Positions 25,157-35,929 of a stretch of 64,000 bases of DNA are shown here, in pieces. Source of the stretch: Nitrospirota bacterium (GTDB taxonomy: Bacteria; Nitrospirota; Thermodesulfovibrionia; Thermodesulfovibrionales; Dissulfurispiraceae); NCBI GenBank assembly GCA_963790025.1, contig CAWBMP010000002.1, positions 708,445-772,444 of the forward strand, written 5' to 3'. The first letter of the stretch is position 1. Each line of letters begins with the position of its first letter. Under the pieces are notes generated by a model that was given only the letters and a program-made list of their open reading frames with translations, did not search any database and was not told where the DNA came from. The position numbers and the translations under genes were made by a program.

Positions 25157-25607
25157 TTACCTCCTCACAATGAGCACCGGTATTTTTGTTTCTTTGTGGA
25201 GTACGCCATAGGCGACGCTCCCGAGGACTGCAGCTGCAAGAGCACTCTTCCCGTGAGAACCCATAATAATCAGATACCGCTTTTGCCCTCTCAGCCTCTT
25301 TCACAATATCCTCAATAGGATGCCCTGCCGTTATAACAATCGTTGATTGGACTCCATTTTTATCGCAGAGTTTCTTTATTTCTCCGGCATAACCTTCAGC
25401 AGCCTCCCTCAGATAATCCTCGATAGGCTCTATTACATGCTTTGCAGTCTTCCCGGCTGGAACTGTCTGGCCTATAAATGAGCGCTTATCTGTAACGCTC
25501 AAGACAATTACCGAGGCTTTCAACTGCTTTGCGAGGTCAATCGCATACATGGCTGTCTTTTGAGCGGTCTTTGAGCCGTCTGTCGGAACAAGAATTTTTG
25601 AAATCAT
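25157..25607 (-). pseudogene. Universal stress protein with a +1 frameshift (or sequencing error)
   Basis: MISKILVPTDGS start. Removing one base near 25276 restores ADLIIMGSHGKSALAAAVLGSVAYGVLH...PVLIVRR-stop. Confidence 0.85.
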
Positions 25608-25794
25608 ATATTCTCCTTTAATCCCCTGTTTTAAGTTTGCGAATGAACGGACACCTCGTGGCCTGTGCTTTTCAGTATATCCTTGGCCAAGGCCAGGTCA
25701 TCCCCCAGGCCACGACGGCGCAAGGGTCCCGCACCAGAGACCACAGGATGAGAAATCAAATTGCCTAATATTATTCAGTCTGATTCCATTGACC

Positions 25795-26253
25795 TTATGG
25801 TGCAGGCTCCGGTTCTTTCTTCACCATAAGAATTGAACACGGCATCTTCCGAATAATCTCTTCGTTACTTCTTCCAAATAGGAAATGCTCCAGATGCCCC
25901 TCCTCATGGGCGAGCATGATGATGAGGTTTATGTTCTCTTCTTTTACAGCTTTTAGAATTTCCTCTGTAGGATTGCCCTCTTTGATTAATACCTTTATGG
26001 GCACGCCTTTCTTTTTCTCCATATCGATAATTGCATCCAGCTCATTTTTCGTCTCCTTCAATGTTCTCTTGTATTCTTCTTCAAGAGACGGTATCGGAAG
26101 GTTCCACCCCCCGTAAAAGAAAGGATCGTGGACCACGTGGACAACATAAAGTTCAGCCCGATATTTTTGGGACAGGGAAATTCCATAATGCACAGCCTTT
26201 CTGCAGTACCTGGTCATCCTGCTCACGACAAGAATGCGTTTAATATCTTCCAT
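25795..26253 (-). CDS. Universal stress protein
   Basis: IKRILVV..AELYVVHV..EGNP.EEIL..FLFG.SNEEIIRKMPCSILMV; AGGAGG SD. Confidence 0.9.
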   Translation of the reverse strand: MEDIKRILVVSRMTRYCRKAVHYGISLSQKYRAELYVVHVVHDPFFYGGWNLPIPSLEEEYKRTLKETKNELDAIIDMEKKKGVPIKVLIKEGNPTEEILKAVKEENINLIIMLAHEEGHLEHFLFGRSNEEIIRKMPCSILMVKKEPEPAP

Positions 26254-26572
26254 AAGTCTCCCTCCTGAATGATATTGATGATTGTCTGTTCGGCCCAGCC
26301 TTTTATGCAAAGGATAGAACATTTAAGACCCCATTTCAACATTTCCATTACTTTATTTACACAATGTCTCAGTAGTTGATAGTCGGCATGTGATTTTGGT
26401 CAGCTTTGGGCACTAATAGGCGTCGAACAGTTACACACTCGATTTTAAGGCAAAAACCCGAAATTAAAATGGAAATTACAGTTTAGTCTGTGTCAAAATT
26501 GGACGCTGATGATGAGTCAGAATTCCTTGCCGATTAACAGTTTTGTCGGGGCGATATTAGGAGATTTAACAA

Positions 26573-27922
26573 ATGAGGAAAAAGGTTCTCGAAAGTTCGG
26601 TCTTGTTTATAAGTATCAGTAAATGGATTTTTCTTGCTTCAGTCGTGGGTATTATTGTCGGTTTTTCAACAGCGCTATTTCTTAAGTTACTCGGCCTGAG
26701 TATGGACTTTGCGAGGGGATACAAATATTATTTTATCTTGCTTCCTGCTGCGATGTTCTTAAGCGTGATTATCGTGAAATATCTTGCGCCGGAAGCCGAA
26801 GGTCATGGAACGGAGAAGGTGATAGAAGCTGTACACAAACGTTCAGGAAAGATAAACCCTCTCGTGGTTCCCGTGAAACTGCTTGCGACGATCATAACGA
26901 TTGCTGCTGGAGGGTCTGCCGGGAAAGAAGGCCCCTGTGCCCAGATAGGAGCCGGACTTTCGTCGCTTATGTCAGATATACTCAGATTTGATGACAAAGA
27001 TCGCAGAAGATTAGTCATATGCGGCATCAGCGCCGGGTTTGCCACAGTTTTCGGCACACCCATAGCAGGTGCAATCTTCGGAGTGGAGGTCTTATTTGTC
27101 GGAGGCCTTCTTTATGATGTGCTTCTTCCCTCATTTGTTGCCGGAATAGTCGGCTACCAGGTTTCATCTTCTTTGGGTATTACCTATTTTCACCACTCAC
27201 TGAATTTTGTGCCTGTCTTCAGCAGCTTCTTCTTCATCAAGGTATGTTTCGGAGGATTGTTCTTCGGCCTCTGCTCTTTTTTGTTTATAGAATTACTGGA
27301 TTGCCTCAAAAAAATAAACAATAAAATCAACCTCCCTATTTCTTATAAAAGCATTCTCGGCGGTATTGTCCTGATGGGATTGGCCTTCCTGGTTTCTGCG
27401 CGTTATTTGGGGCTTGGGCTGGACACTATCGGGACTGCTCTTGAAGGCGGAAAGATTCCCTGGTCGGCCTCCGTCATGAAGATGCTTTTTACCTCCATTA
27501 CTTTGAACTTCGGCGGCAGTGGGGGCATCGTGACCCCTATATTTTTTATTGGGGCAACGGCAGGCAACATCTTTGGTCGCGTATTAGGACTGGACCCCGC
27601 GGTTTTTGCCGCCATAGGCATGGTCAGTCTTTTGGCTGGCTCCACTAATACCCCAATCTCGGCGAGCATTATGGCGGTGGAGATCTTCGGGCCCGCAGTC
27701 GCTCCCTATGCTGCTGTTGCATGCGTCATCAGTTTCCTGATGACCGGACACAGGAGTGTGTACCCAAGCCAGGTACTGTCTATGTCAAAATCATCTTCTA
27801 TCACTGTAGAAAAAGGCCATGAGATGTCTGACATGGGAGGCGTTAACGTGGCGCTGAGAGCAAAAAGCATTACTGGATGGATAGTAAAGTTGATGAAAAA
27901 GATCAAGAAAAAGAAATCATGA
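26573..27922 (+). CDS. ClC-family chloride channel / H+ antiporter
   Basis: GSAGKEGP, GFATVFGTP, GGSGGIVTP motifs; many transmembrane segments. Confidence 0.92.
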   Translation: MRKKVLESSVLFISISKWIFLASVVGIIVGFSTALFLKLLGLSMDFARGYKYYFILLPAAMFLSVIIVKYLAPEAEGHGTEKVIEAVHKRSGKINPLVVPVKLLATIITIAAGGSAGKEGPCAQIGAGLSSLMSDILRFDDKDRRRLVICGISAGFATVFGTPIAGAIFGVEVLFVGGLLYDVLLPSFVAGIVGYQVSSSLGITYFHHSLNFVPVFSSFFFIKVCFGGLFFGLCSFLFIELLDCLKKINNKINLPISYKSILGGIVLMGLAFLVSARYLGLGLDTIGTALEGGKIPWSASVMKMLFTSITLNFGGSGGIVTPIFFIGATAGNIFGRVLGLDPAVFAAIGMVSLLAGSTNTPISASIMAVEIFGPAVAPYAAVACVISFLMTGHRSVYPSQVLSMSKSSSITVEKGHEMSDMGGVNVALRAKSITGWIVKLMKKIKKKKS

Positions 27923-28314
27923 TCCTTTCAACCCGTAATTACCAAGATTGCGGCGTTCCTGCCGTTAACACTTTGTGGCTGCAGGCCGCATTCCTGCTTC
28001 TCTATGCGGAATAAATGGTTTCCTACTAAAATTTATAGTCAGTCTTTGCATTTACAAACGTCGCCAATATAAATACGCGTGAACAACAAAAAATAACATT
28101 AAATTCGCTGTATTGCCTCTACAAATTTCCTTGGTAACCCTAAGCTTTATGCTGTCCTCTTTGCATGGGAAATATTAGGAGATTCAACTCCACTCCTTGA
28201 AGGTTGGTTGGCTTTCTGTTGATTCGGCTTCGGAACAAGTTCCAAATTATAAAACAGATGTTTTATAAACAGCTTCACAAATTAGATCATATAAAGGCGC
28301 GGTTTGTTTAGTCA

Positions 28315-28344
28315 TTGACTAAGGTCTTACTTAAGCGTTAAAAT
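28315..28344 (+). promoter_or_regulatory. Putative sigma70 promoter abutting the dnaE start
   Basis: TTGACT-18-TAAAAT, 5 nt before ATG; no SD. Confidence 0.5.
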
Positions 28345-28349
28345 TTTTA

Positions 28350-31300
28350 ATGCAGCACGCTGATTTTGTCTCCCTCCATTTGCATACTGAGTACAGCCTT
28401 CTGGACGGTGCAATTAAAATTGATGAGCTTATTGAGCAGGCAACGGCCTATAAAATGCCTGCCCTGGCTATCACCGATCATGGGAACTTGTGCGGCGCTG
28501 TCGCTTTTTACAAAAAAGCGGTAAAAATGGGCATAAAGCCTATTATCGGCTGTGAGGTATATGTCGCCCCCAGCAGCCGTTTTGACAGGACAAAGACGAA
28601 CCTAGACAGCAATCTGGCTGAAGAAGCCGCATTCCATCTGATTCTACTTGCACGGGACAGAGCCGGTTATAAGAACCTTACCACTCTTGTCACTAAGGCT
28701 TATCTCGAGGGCTTCTACTATAAACCGAGAATCGATAAAGATATTCTTGAACAATACAGCGGCGGGCTAATAGGCCTGAGCGCTTGCCTTAAGGGAGAGG
28801 TGCCCTACTATCTCAGATACGGTAATCAGGACAGGGCGCGCGAAGCGGCTTTGCGATACAAACATATCCTGGGCCCGGAGAATTTTTATTTCGAGATCCA
28901 GCATAACGGCCTGCCGGAACAGGAGTCCGTCAACAGGCAGCTTATAGAGCTTGCAGCTGAACTTCATATTCCATTGGTTGCCACAAATGACTGCCATTAC
29001 CTGAAGAAAGAGGATGCACGCGCCCATGATATTCTTCTCTGCATCCAGACTGGTAAGACAGTAAAAGATGAAAAGCGGCTTAAAATGGCAACCAATGAAT
29101 TTTATTTTAAATCCCCTGCTGAGATGAAAGAGGCATTCAGTGATGTGCCCGAGGCAATAGCCAACACGCGGGTGATTGCCGAGCGGTGCAACCTCGAATT
29201 CCAGTTGGGCAAGAGCCTTCTGCCCAAGTACGAGGTGCCTGAGGGGACAACTCCTTACAGCTACCTCGAGGCTCTTGCTGAAAAGGGTCTCCGGTCAAAG
29301 TTCACGGGTGAAATCCCTGCACACTATGCCGATCGCCTCGCCATGGAGCTCAAAGTAATAAGAAAGATGGGGTATTCGTCATATTTTCTTATTGTGTGGG
29401 ACTTCATTAGTTTTGCGCGGGGCCGCGACATCCCTGTTGGACCCGGCAGGGGGTCTGCAGCAGGCAGCCTTGTCGCCTACTGTCTTGATATCACCGAGAT
29501 CGACCCCATCAAATACAATCTCCTTTTTGAGCGTTTTCTCAATCCCGAGAGAATAAGCATGCCTGATATTGATGTCGATTTCTGCAAGGACAGACGACAG
29601 GAAGTAATAGATTATGTTGCCGGAAAGTATGGTGATGACCACGTAGCCCAAATCATCACCTTCGGGACCATGGCGGCAAAAGCAGCCATTCGTGACGTCG
29701 GCAGAGTGCTTGATGTCCCATATGCTGAAGTGGACCGCATCGCAAAACTGGTCCCGGGCAATAACGTAACTATCGATCAAGCCATCAAACTGGAGCCGCA
29801 GTTAAAGGAACTGTATAACAACAACCAGACCGTAAAAGAGCTGCTGGATATTGCAATGAGGCTCGAGGGTCTTTCCCGCCACGCCTCCACGCACGCTGCC
29901 GGCGTAGTGATAGCGCCGGAGCCGCTGACAGACTTTACAGCATTGTATAAGAACCCCTCGGAGCCCACAATTACCACTCAGTTCGATATGGGAGCGATTG
30001 AAAGCGTCGGCCTGTTGAAATTTGATTTCCTCGGACTCAAGACACTGACAGTTCTTAATAAGACAGTAGAATACATGAAACAGCAGGGCAGGCATATAAC
30101 CCTGTCCGAAATCCCACTCGATGACTATGCAACATATAAGCTCCTCAGTTCCGGCGAAACCACCGGTATCTTCCAGCTTGAAAGCGACGGGATGCGGGAC
30201 ATCCTCGTAAAAATGCAGCCGAACCGTTTTGAAGACCTGATTGCTCTTGTTGCCTTATACCGCCCCGGCCCCATAGGCAGCGGCATGATCGATGATTTTA
30301 TTAAAAGAAAGAGGGGCGAAACAGAGGTTGAATATGAGCTGCCCCAGTTGAAAGCAATCCTCGATGAGACGTACGGTGTAATTCTCTATCAGGAACAGGT
30401 TATGAGGATTGCGAATAAAATAGCGAACTTCTCCCTTGGACAGGCGGACCTCCTCAGGCGGGCCATGGGCAAGAAGAAGCCGGAGGAAATGGAAAAACAA
30501 AAAGAAGTCTTTATCAGCGGGGCCCTCGCAAACGGTGTGCCCGGGAAAAAGGCTGCACGGCTTTTCGAGCTTATGGCTTTTTTTGCAGAATACGGTTTTA
30601 ACAAATCCCATTCTGCCGCATATGCCTATCTTGCTTACCAGACAGCATATTTGAAGGCCCGCTGTCCGGTCGAGTTCATGACAGCAAACCTAAGTACGGA
30701 CATGGGAGATACCGACAAGGTAGTGAAGCTTATAAACGAATGCAGAAGCATGTCAATAGAGATACTGCCGCCGGACATTAATGTGAGCGAAAGGGAATTC
30801 AGGATTTTCGGCAATTCCGTGCGGTTCGGTCTTGAGGCAGTCAAAGGGGTCGGCTCTGCTGCGATTGAGGTTATACTCAAAGAACGGCAGAACGGAGCTT
30901 ACAAATCATTCGGCGATTTCCTGACACGGGTTGACAATAAACGGGTCAACAAAAAGGTCGTTGAAAGCCTTATCAAGGCGGGGGCTTACGATTCTATAGT
31001 TGAAGAACGTTCAGCGCTGAATAACGACACCGAACGCAGTACGCGGTGCGCAGTACCCTCTATTGCCCGGGCAAAAGCTATGGAGATGTTCTCCTCTCCT
31101 GTGCGGTCCGGTAATTCGGGACCCGGGCTTTTTGGAGATGACAATAACGCGGACGGCCCGATGCAGCCCTGGGATGAAAAGACCCTCCTCCAATATGAGA
31201 AAGAGGCCCTCGGCTTTTATATTTCGGGTCATCCATTGTCACGGTACCGGAAAACGCTTACACCACTGGATGTCAACAGGATTTCGGATGTTGCGGACAA

Positions 31301-31796
31301 AGAAGACAGGTCTGATATCTGCGTGGCGGGCATTATCAGTGATATAAAGAGCAAGGCGAGAGATAAGGGAGTTACCGCATTTCTTTCCATCGAGGATGAA
31401 ACCGGGAGTTGTGATGTTCTGGTATACCCGGCTATGTACAAGGAGCATTCTCAAATCCTGAAAAAAGGGAATGTGCTGATGATACGCGGGCAGGTTTTCA
31501 GGGCAGAAAAAGGGGCCAAAATTATGGCCAGAGAGATACGGGACCTGACCGATATGGAAGTCAGGGAAAAATACGAGGTTTCCATAAAATGCGATAATGT
31601 TACGGCTGCGAATGAAAAGTTCCGCACAATAAGAAAGTTGCTGGACTTCGACCCTAAGGGAAAAGGCAGTGTATCGGTATCATTCAGGTTTTATCTTCCC
31701 GAATATTGTGTTATCATAGCGTCTCAACTGAAGCCGACCGGTAATTTTTTGACAGAGGTGGAGAGGATTACAGGGGACAAGGTTAAGATATACTAG
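28350..31796 (+). CDS. dnaE: DNA polymerase III alpha subunit
   Basis: HLHTEYSLLDG PHP domain, GPGRGSAAGS, MPDIDVDF, KFDFLGL, YGFNKSHS; no intein. Confidence 0.98.
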   Translation: MQHADFVSLHLHTEYSLLDGAIKIDELIEQATAYKMPALAITDHGNLCGAVAFYKKAVKMGIKPIIGCEVYVAPSSRFDRTKTNLDSNLAEEAAFHLILLARDRAGYKNLTTLVTKAYLEGFYYKPRIDKDILEQYSGGLIGLSACLKGEVPYYLRYGNQDRAREAALRYKHILGPENFYFEIQHNGLPEQESVNRQLIELAAELHIPLVATNDCHYLKKEDARAHDILLCIQTGKTVKDEKRLKMATNEFYFKSPAEMKEAFSDVPEAIANTRVIAERCNLEFQLGKSLLPKYEVPEGTTPYSYLEALAEKGLRSKFTGEIPAHYADRLAMELKVIRKMGYSSYFLIVWDFISFARGRDIPVGPGRGSAAGSLVAYCLDITEIDPIKYNLLFERFLNPERISMPDIDVDFCKDRRQEVIDYVAGKYGDDHVAQIITFGTMAAKAAIRDVGRVLDVPYAEVDRIAKLVPGNNVTIDQAIKLEPQLKELYNNNQTVKELLDIAMRLEGLSRHASTHAAGVVIAPEPLTDFTALYKNPSEPTITTQFDMGAIESVGLLKFDFLGLKTLTVLNKTVEYMKQQGRHITLSEIPLDDYATYKLLSSGETTGIFQLESDGMRDILVKMQPNRFEDLIALVALYRPGPIGSGMIDDFIKRKRGETEVEYELPQLKAILDETYGVILYQEQVMRIANKIANFSLGQADLLRRAMGKKKPEEMEKQKEVFISGALANGVPGKKAARLFELMAFFAEYGFNKSHSAAYAYLAYQTAYLKARCPVEFMTANLSTDMGDTDKVVKLINECRSMSIEILPPDINVSEREFRIFGNSVRFGLEAVKGVGSAAIEVILKERQNGAYKSFGDFLTRVDNKRVNKKVVESLIKAGAYDSIVEERSALNNDTERSTRCAVPSIARAKAMEMFSSPVRSGNSGPGLFGDDNNADGPMQPWDEKTLLQYEKEALGFYISGHPLSRYRKTLTPLDVNRISDVADKEDRSDICVAGIISDIKSKARDKGVTAFLSIEDETGSCDVLVYPAMYKEHSQILKKGNVLMIRGQVFRAEKGAKIMAREIRDLTDMEVREKYEVSIKCDNVTAANEKFRTIRKLLDFDPKGKGSVSVSFRFYLPEYCVIIASQLKPTGNFLTEVERITGDKVKIY

Positions 31797-31830
31797 GCCA
31801 AGGGCAAATGGCGAATTGCTAAAGGCCGGC
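31795..31830. repeat. Relic single arm of a heptamer array (AGGGCAA type)
   Basis: aggcca agggcaa atggcga attgcta aaggccg directly after the dnaE stop; resembles the left arm at 45771. Confidence 0.4.
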
Positions 31831-31859
31831 CGAATAATGGAGCATGCCGAAATAAATAT

Positions 31860-32837
31860 ATGAGTTACTACCTTGATTTTGAAAAGCCGCTCGAAGAGCT
31901 TGAAACAAAAATAGAGGAATTAAAAAAGCTCTCCGACGGCAAGGAACTGGATATTGCCTCCGAAATAAAACGCCTCTCGAAAAAAGCGAAAGAATTACGC
32001 TCGGATATTTACTCGCGGCTTACTCCATGGCAGAAGAACCTTATTGCGCGCCATCCCGAACGTCCGTATACGCTTGACTACATTAACCTCATCGTGCAGG
32101 ATTTTATTGAATTGCACGGCGACCGGAAATTCGGTGACGATCCAGCTATTGTCGGCGGCATCGGAAAGATCAACGGCTATTGTGCAGTCTTTATAGGTCA
32201 CCAAAAAGGCAGGGGAACAAAGGAAAGGATCGTTAGAAATTTTGGACAGCCCCATCCCGAAGGATACCGGAAGGCACTGCGGCTGATGCGGCTTGCCGAA
32301 CGGTTCAGGAAACCGGTGGTCGCCTTTATTGACACGCAGGGTGCATACCCGGGCATGGGTGCAGAAAAAAGGGGTCAGGCAGAGGCAATTGCCACCAATC
32401 TGATGGAGATGTCGATCCTCAAAGTACCGATAATCTCAATCGTTATCGGTGAGGGCGGCAGCGGTGGAGCCCTGGCCCTGAGCGTGGCAGACCGGCTTTT
32501 TATGCTGGAGCATGCCGTCTATTCCGTTATCTCTCCAGAGGGCTGCGCAGCTATTCTATGGAAGAAAAACGGCGACCTCGCAACAGCCGACTTCAGCAGG
32601 GCAGCCGAAGCCCTAAAAGGTACGGCACAGGACCTGAAAACATTTAAAATTATCGATGATATTATTCCAGAACCTCTGGGCGGTGCCCACCGCGATCCTG
32701 AAACGATGGCAAAGAGGATTTCCGAATGCATTGTAAAATCACTGGAAGCGCTTGACGCAAAGCCTATAGGGAGGCTCCTGGAAGAGCGCTATAAGAAAAT
32801 AAGGAAGATCGGAAACCTCGCTCAGGCAGTGCAGTAA
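31860..32837 (+). CDS. accA: Acetyl-CoA carboxylase carboxyltransferase alpha subunit
   Basis: [50 protein letters not shown]. Confidence 0.97.
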   Translation: MSYYLDFEKPLEELETKIEELKKLSDGKELDIASEIKRLSKKAKELRSDIYSRLTPWQKNLIARHPERPYTLDYINLIVQDFIELHGDRKFGDDPAIVGGIGKINGYCAVFIGHQKGRGTKERIVRNFGQPHPEGYRKALRLMRLAERFRKPVVAFIDTQGAYPGMGAEKRGQAEAIATNLMEMSILKVPIISIVIGEGGSGGALALSVADRLFMLEHAVYSVISPEGCAAILWKKNGDLATADFSRAAEALKGTAQDLKTFKIIDDIIPEPLGGAHRDPETMAKRISECIVKSLEALDAKPIGRLLEERYKKIRKIGNLAQAVQ

Positions 32838-32882
32838 CTATTCAAGCAAACAATCACCCTACAAGAAGTAGAGGCTCCCAAG

Positions 32883-32903
32883 CCAAAAGTCGCAGACTTT
32901 TGG
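32883..32903. terminator. Hairpin between convergent genes
   Basis: ccaaaagtc-gca-gacttttgg, 9-bp stem. Confidence 0.5.
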
Positions 32904-32915
32904 GGGTGGCTGGGA

Positions 32916-33452
32916 TTACAATGCTATAGAAAGCATGATATATTGAGAATTGTACCCCTGATTGTGCCTGTATATGCCGGCGTTCGAGAGATGCCGGAAG
33001 CGATAGGAAAGACTAACCGGAGTTTTACCTATCATTTTTTCGATTCCGGCGCCCGTCATAAGACTGAAAAGAAAAGGGCCGCCGACCCTTTGATGTCCGA
33101 TAATTTTGTCGGTCGTCAGATTCCCGCCGGCCCCTGCTTCGACAAAGGGATTTACGTTCCAATCAAACGGCAAATACCTGAAAAAAGGCGCGATACCTCC
33201 AACAAAAACCGTTTTTCTTCGGTCATCGATTACTTCGAAGTCTCCCTCGACGCGTAATCGCAGGCTCCGACGCTCATTGATTGGAATACTGTAGGCGGGG
33301 GTAATGAGGAATTGCGTGTCAGCGAGTCCCTGCAGGTCCGTGCCTGCCCCTACGCCTATTTCAAAGTGGTTTTTTTCATCGGCAAGACCAATAACAGGCA
33401 GAAGTACGAACAGAGATAAGATGAGAAACTGAAGGAAGATGTGTTTTTTCAT
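32916..33452 (-). CDS. Acyloxyacyl hydrolase / PagL-like outer-membrane beta-barrel
   Basis: Signal peptide; PFVEAGAG; YRFRHLSNAG...N.GYN motif. Confidence 0.85.
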   Translation of the reverse strand: MKKHIFLQFLILSLFVLLPVIGLADEKNHFEIGVGAGTDLQGLADTQFLITPAYSIPINERRSLRLRVEGDFEVIDDRRKTVFVGGIAPFFRYLPFDWNVNPFVEAGAGGNLTTDKIIGHQRVGGPFLFSLMTGAGIEKMIGKTPVSLSYRFRHLSNAGIYRHNQGYNSQYIMLSIAL

Positions 33453-33618
33453 GATTGCCTCCGTGATCAGTAATTGTGCTGATGACTATTATCACACCAA
33501 AATATCAATATTGCAACGTTTTTAATCACATTTTAATCGCTTGACAGTTACTTTGAAATCGGTATATTTGAGATATGAAGGGTATTTGACACATCACGGT
33601 TACACAAGGAGCAAGAAC

Positions 33619-34374
33619 ATGTCGAATCATGAAAAGACCATAGTAAAGCCCCAGATAATCATACGTAAGCCGGAAAGCATTTATCAGAGCCAGGGAGAAA
33701 TAGTGGATGGCGACTTTCACGGCCGCTGGCATTTCTCCTTCGGTGACTACCGCGACCCGGAACACATGCACTTCGGCATGCTGCGGGTCCTGAATGACGA
33801 TACACTCTCTCCGGGCGCTGTCTGGCCGCTTCATCCCCACAACGACATCGAGGTTGTCACCTATTGCGCTGAGGGAGAATTCCGCCATGCAGACCAGCGC
33901 GGCAAAGGCGATGTCCTTAAGAAAGGTTGGGTGCAGCATACTACAGTGGGCAAGGGTTTGTGGCACTCGGAGATCAACAATCGGCCCGATATTCCCATGC
34001 GATTCATCCAGATGTGGTTTATTCCCTCGGTTAGAGATCTTGACCCATCCGTCGAACAAAGGGCAGTGGATAAAAAAGAGAGGACGGGCAGGCTCCTTCC
34101 CCTCGTCTCGAATGAGCATGAGGGGGCACTACCCATTCATTCTGATGCGCGGGTGTATTCCTGCTTCCTCGAAAGAGGGCATAGTGTGAAGCATACTTTG
34201 AAGGAAGGTCGCGGATCTTATATATATGTACTGGAGGGAGACTACGTGGAAGTAAACGGCAACAGGACCCCTGTCCTCGGAGCGGCCCAGGTTATAGGAG
34301 GAATGGAACTGCATATCTCTACTGATCATAATGCGGAGCTGCTTCTCATCGATGTGCTGCAAAAGAGTGTATGA
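33619..34374 (+). CDS. Pirin family protein
   Basis: HFSFGDYRDP, LRVLNDD, HPH.DIE, HSE.N, QMW; AAGGAG SD. Confidence 0.92.
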   Translation: MSNHEKTIVKPQIIIRKPESIYQSQGEIVDGDFHGRWHFSFGDYRDPEHMHFGMLRVLNDDTLSPGAVWPLHPHNDIEVVTYCAEGEFRHADQRGKGDVLKKGWVQHTTVGKGLWHSEINNRPDIPMRFIQMWFIPSVRDLDPSVEQRAVDKKERTGRLLPLVSNEHEGALPIHSDARVYSCFLERGHSVKHTLKEGRGSYIYVLEGDYVEVNGNRTPVLGAAQVIGGMELHISTDHNAELLLIDVLQKSV

Positions 34375-34698
34375 ATATCGCTGAATAAATGTTAAGAAGT
34401 CTTATTCAAAATTATCGATGAATAGCACAGTTGATAAGCGCGACTTTTTTAGCTAGTCAGATGGAAACGCTTTTCTTATCGACACGCATCTTTCTGCGGC
34501 GTTCCATTGAAAATTCGCAGGGGTGGATTAAAGAGTCTCCACTGACAAGTCCATAGCTTCACAATTCTGCAACTCATGCACACTTTGTCCAGAGCTCTGC
34601 GCCTCATGGGCTGCGATAAATTGGTGCTGTCGATGAGGCTTCTCATGTCTCATAGTGGCAAGCGGTGTTTGGTACTTCCGGAAATCTATGAGAATAGC

Positions 34699-34887
34699 TC
34701 ATCGCCGGAAGAGAATCAATTTTGTCCTGAAGTATGCAGGGGCAATATGGATAGTTGAGATGCGTCGGACCATTATTACGCGGGACCAGAGTTCCCTTAT
34801 CAGGAAATGAGTATTGACATGCTTGATATTTCCGGTCAGCATCTCGTCACCGATAATGATTATTCCAGCTGTTTTCGCCAAATCCAT
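34699..34887 (-). pseudogene. Truncated CinA/molybdopterin-binding domain N-terminus
   Basis: AGIIIIGDEMLTG...VNTHFLIREL, after which similarity is lost. Confidence 0.7.
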
Positions 34888-34978
34888 GAAGTCAATTATA
34901 TAACTTTATATTTATGGCTGTCGGAGAACGGCAGCTGATGGGTAGGGGGCCTTATCTAAAACAGGAAAAACTGATGAA

Positions 34979-35929
34979 TCAGACATGGTTTCTCAACATA
35001 AGTTCCGCGGGATGAGGATTCAGAAAATACTGTCTCTTCAGATAAGTCTCATCATATATTAGTACATAATGCCTCAATAGCACTATCGGCACTATGAGCG
35101 GAACAAGTCCGTTATGGTACTCCTCTATAAACTCCATCAGTTCTCTTTTTTCGTCAGGCTGCAGTTGCTTCTTGAAATAGCCCATAATGTGATGCAAAAC
35201 ATTAGTGTTCTTTTTGACCGTTGACAGGAGTTTTAACCCGTCCATCAGTATCTTCAGGTAATCGCCCTGAAGTCTCTCCAGCCGATATTTCTTGGAGTTC
35301 GCTACAAGACGGCCGAGTGCAGAGTTATGCTGCGGACTATGTGAAAGTAAAAGGAGTTTATGGTCTGAATGAAAGTCCACCAGATCTCTTATACGTCCTG
35401 CTTTGCTCAAAAGCTCTTTCCACCTTTTGAATACAAATATCCTCTCGATAAAATTCTCCCTTATATTAGGATCATTGAGTCTACCGTCATCCTCAACAGG
35501 TATGAGAGGGAAGTGTTCCATATATGCTCGGGCGAAAATACCGACTCCCGAAGTAGTCGGAATGCCGGACGGCTTGTAGACCTTTACCCCCCGCATTCCG
35601 GAACTCGGCGACCTGCTCTTAAAGATAAAGCCGCAAAGGTCGTCTTTTTCAAGTTCTTTCAACCGATGCTTGGCCCATTGCTGCATCTGGTCGGTATGAT
35701 CTATCCCGGTTCTTGTCGTTACAAGACGCGGAGCGTCCGGAGTCCCTGTCAGACGCATGGCCTCTCTTGGGACCGAAAGCCCGCACTCCACTTCCGGACA
35801 CACAGGCGTCCATACGACAAATTGACCAAGGGTATCCTTCAGGTAACGGTCTAGCTTGTGCCCGCCGTCATAGCGGACTTTTTCGCCAAGAAGACAGGAG
35901 CTTATGCCCAGCTTAATCTTTTGGACCAT
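34979..35929 (-). CDS. DUF523/DUF1722 (YbgA-like) protein
   Basis: GISSCLLGEKVRYDGGH, VCPEVECGL..PRE, KSRSPSSG, NVLHHIMGYFKK, ELMLRNHV. Confidence 0.92.
   Translation of the reverse strand: MVQKIKLGISSCLLGEKVRYDGGHKLDRYLKDTLGQFVVWTPVCPEVECGLSVPREAMRLTGTPDAPRLVTTRTGIDHTDQMQQWAKHRLKELEKDDLCGFIFKSRSPSSGMRGVKVYKPSGIPTTSGVGIFARAYMEHFPLIPVEDDGRLNDPNIRENFIERIFVFKRWKELLSKAGRIRDLVDFHSDHKLLLLSHSPQHNSALGRLVANSKKYRLERLQGDYLKILMDGLKLLSTVKKNTNVLHHIMGYFKKQLQPDEKRELMEFIEEYHNGLVPLIVPIVLLRHYVLIYDETYLKRQYFLNPHPAELMLRNHV

Noticed and set aside
26388..26404. CRP/FNR-like tgtgat-tttg-gtcag upstream of the USP operon
   Set aside because: Only a partial match and a single instance.
28350..31796. Possible intein in dnaE
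   Set aside because: Length is ordinary and no intein splice motifs are seen.
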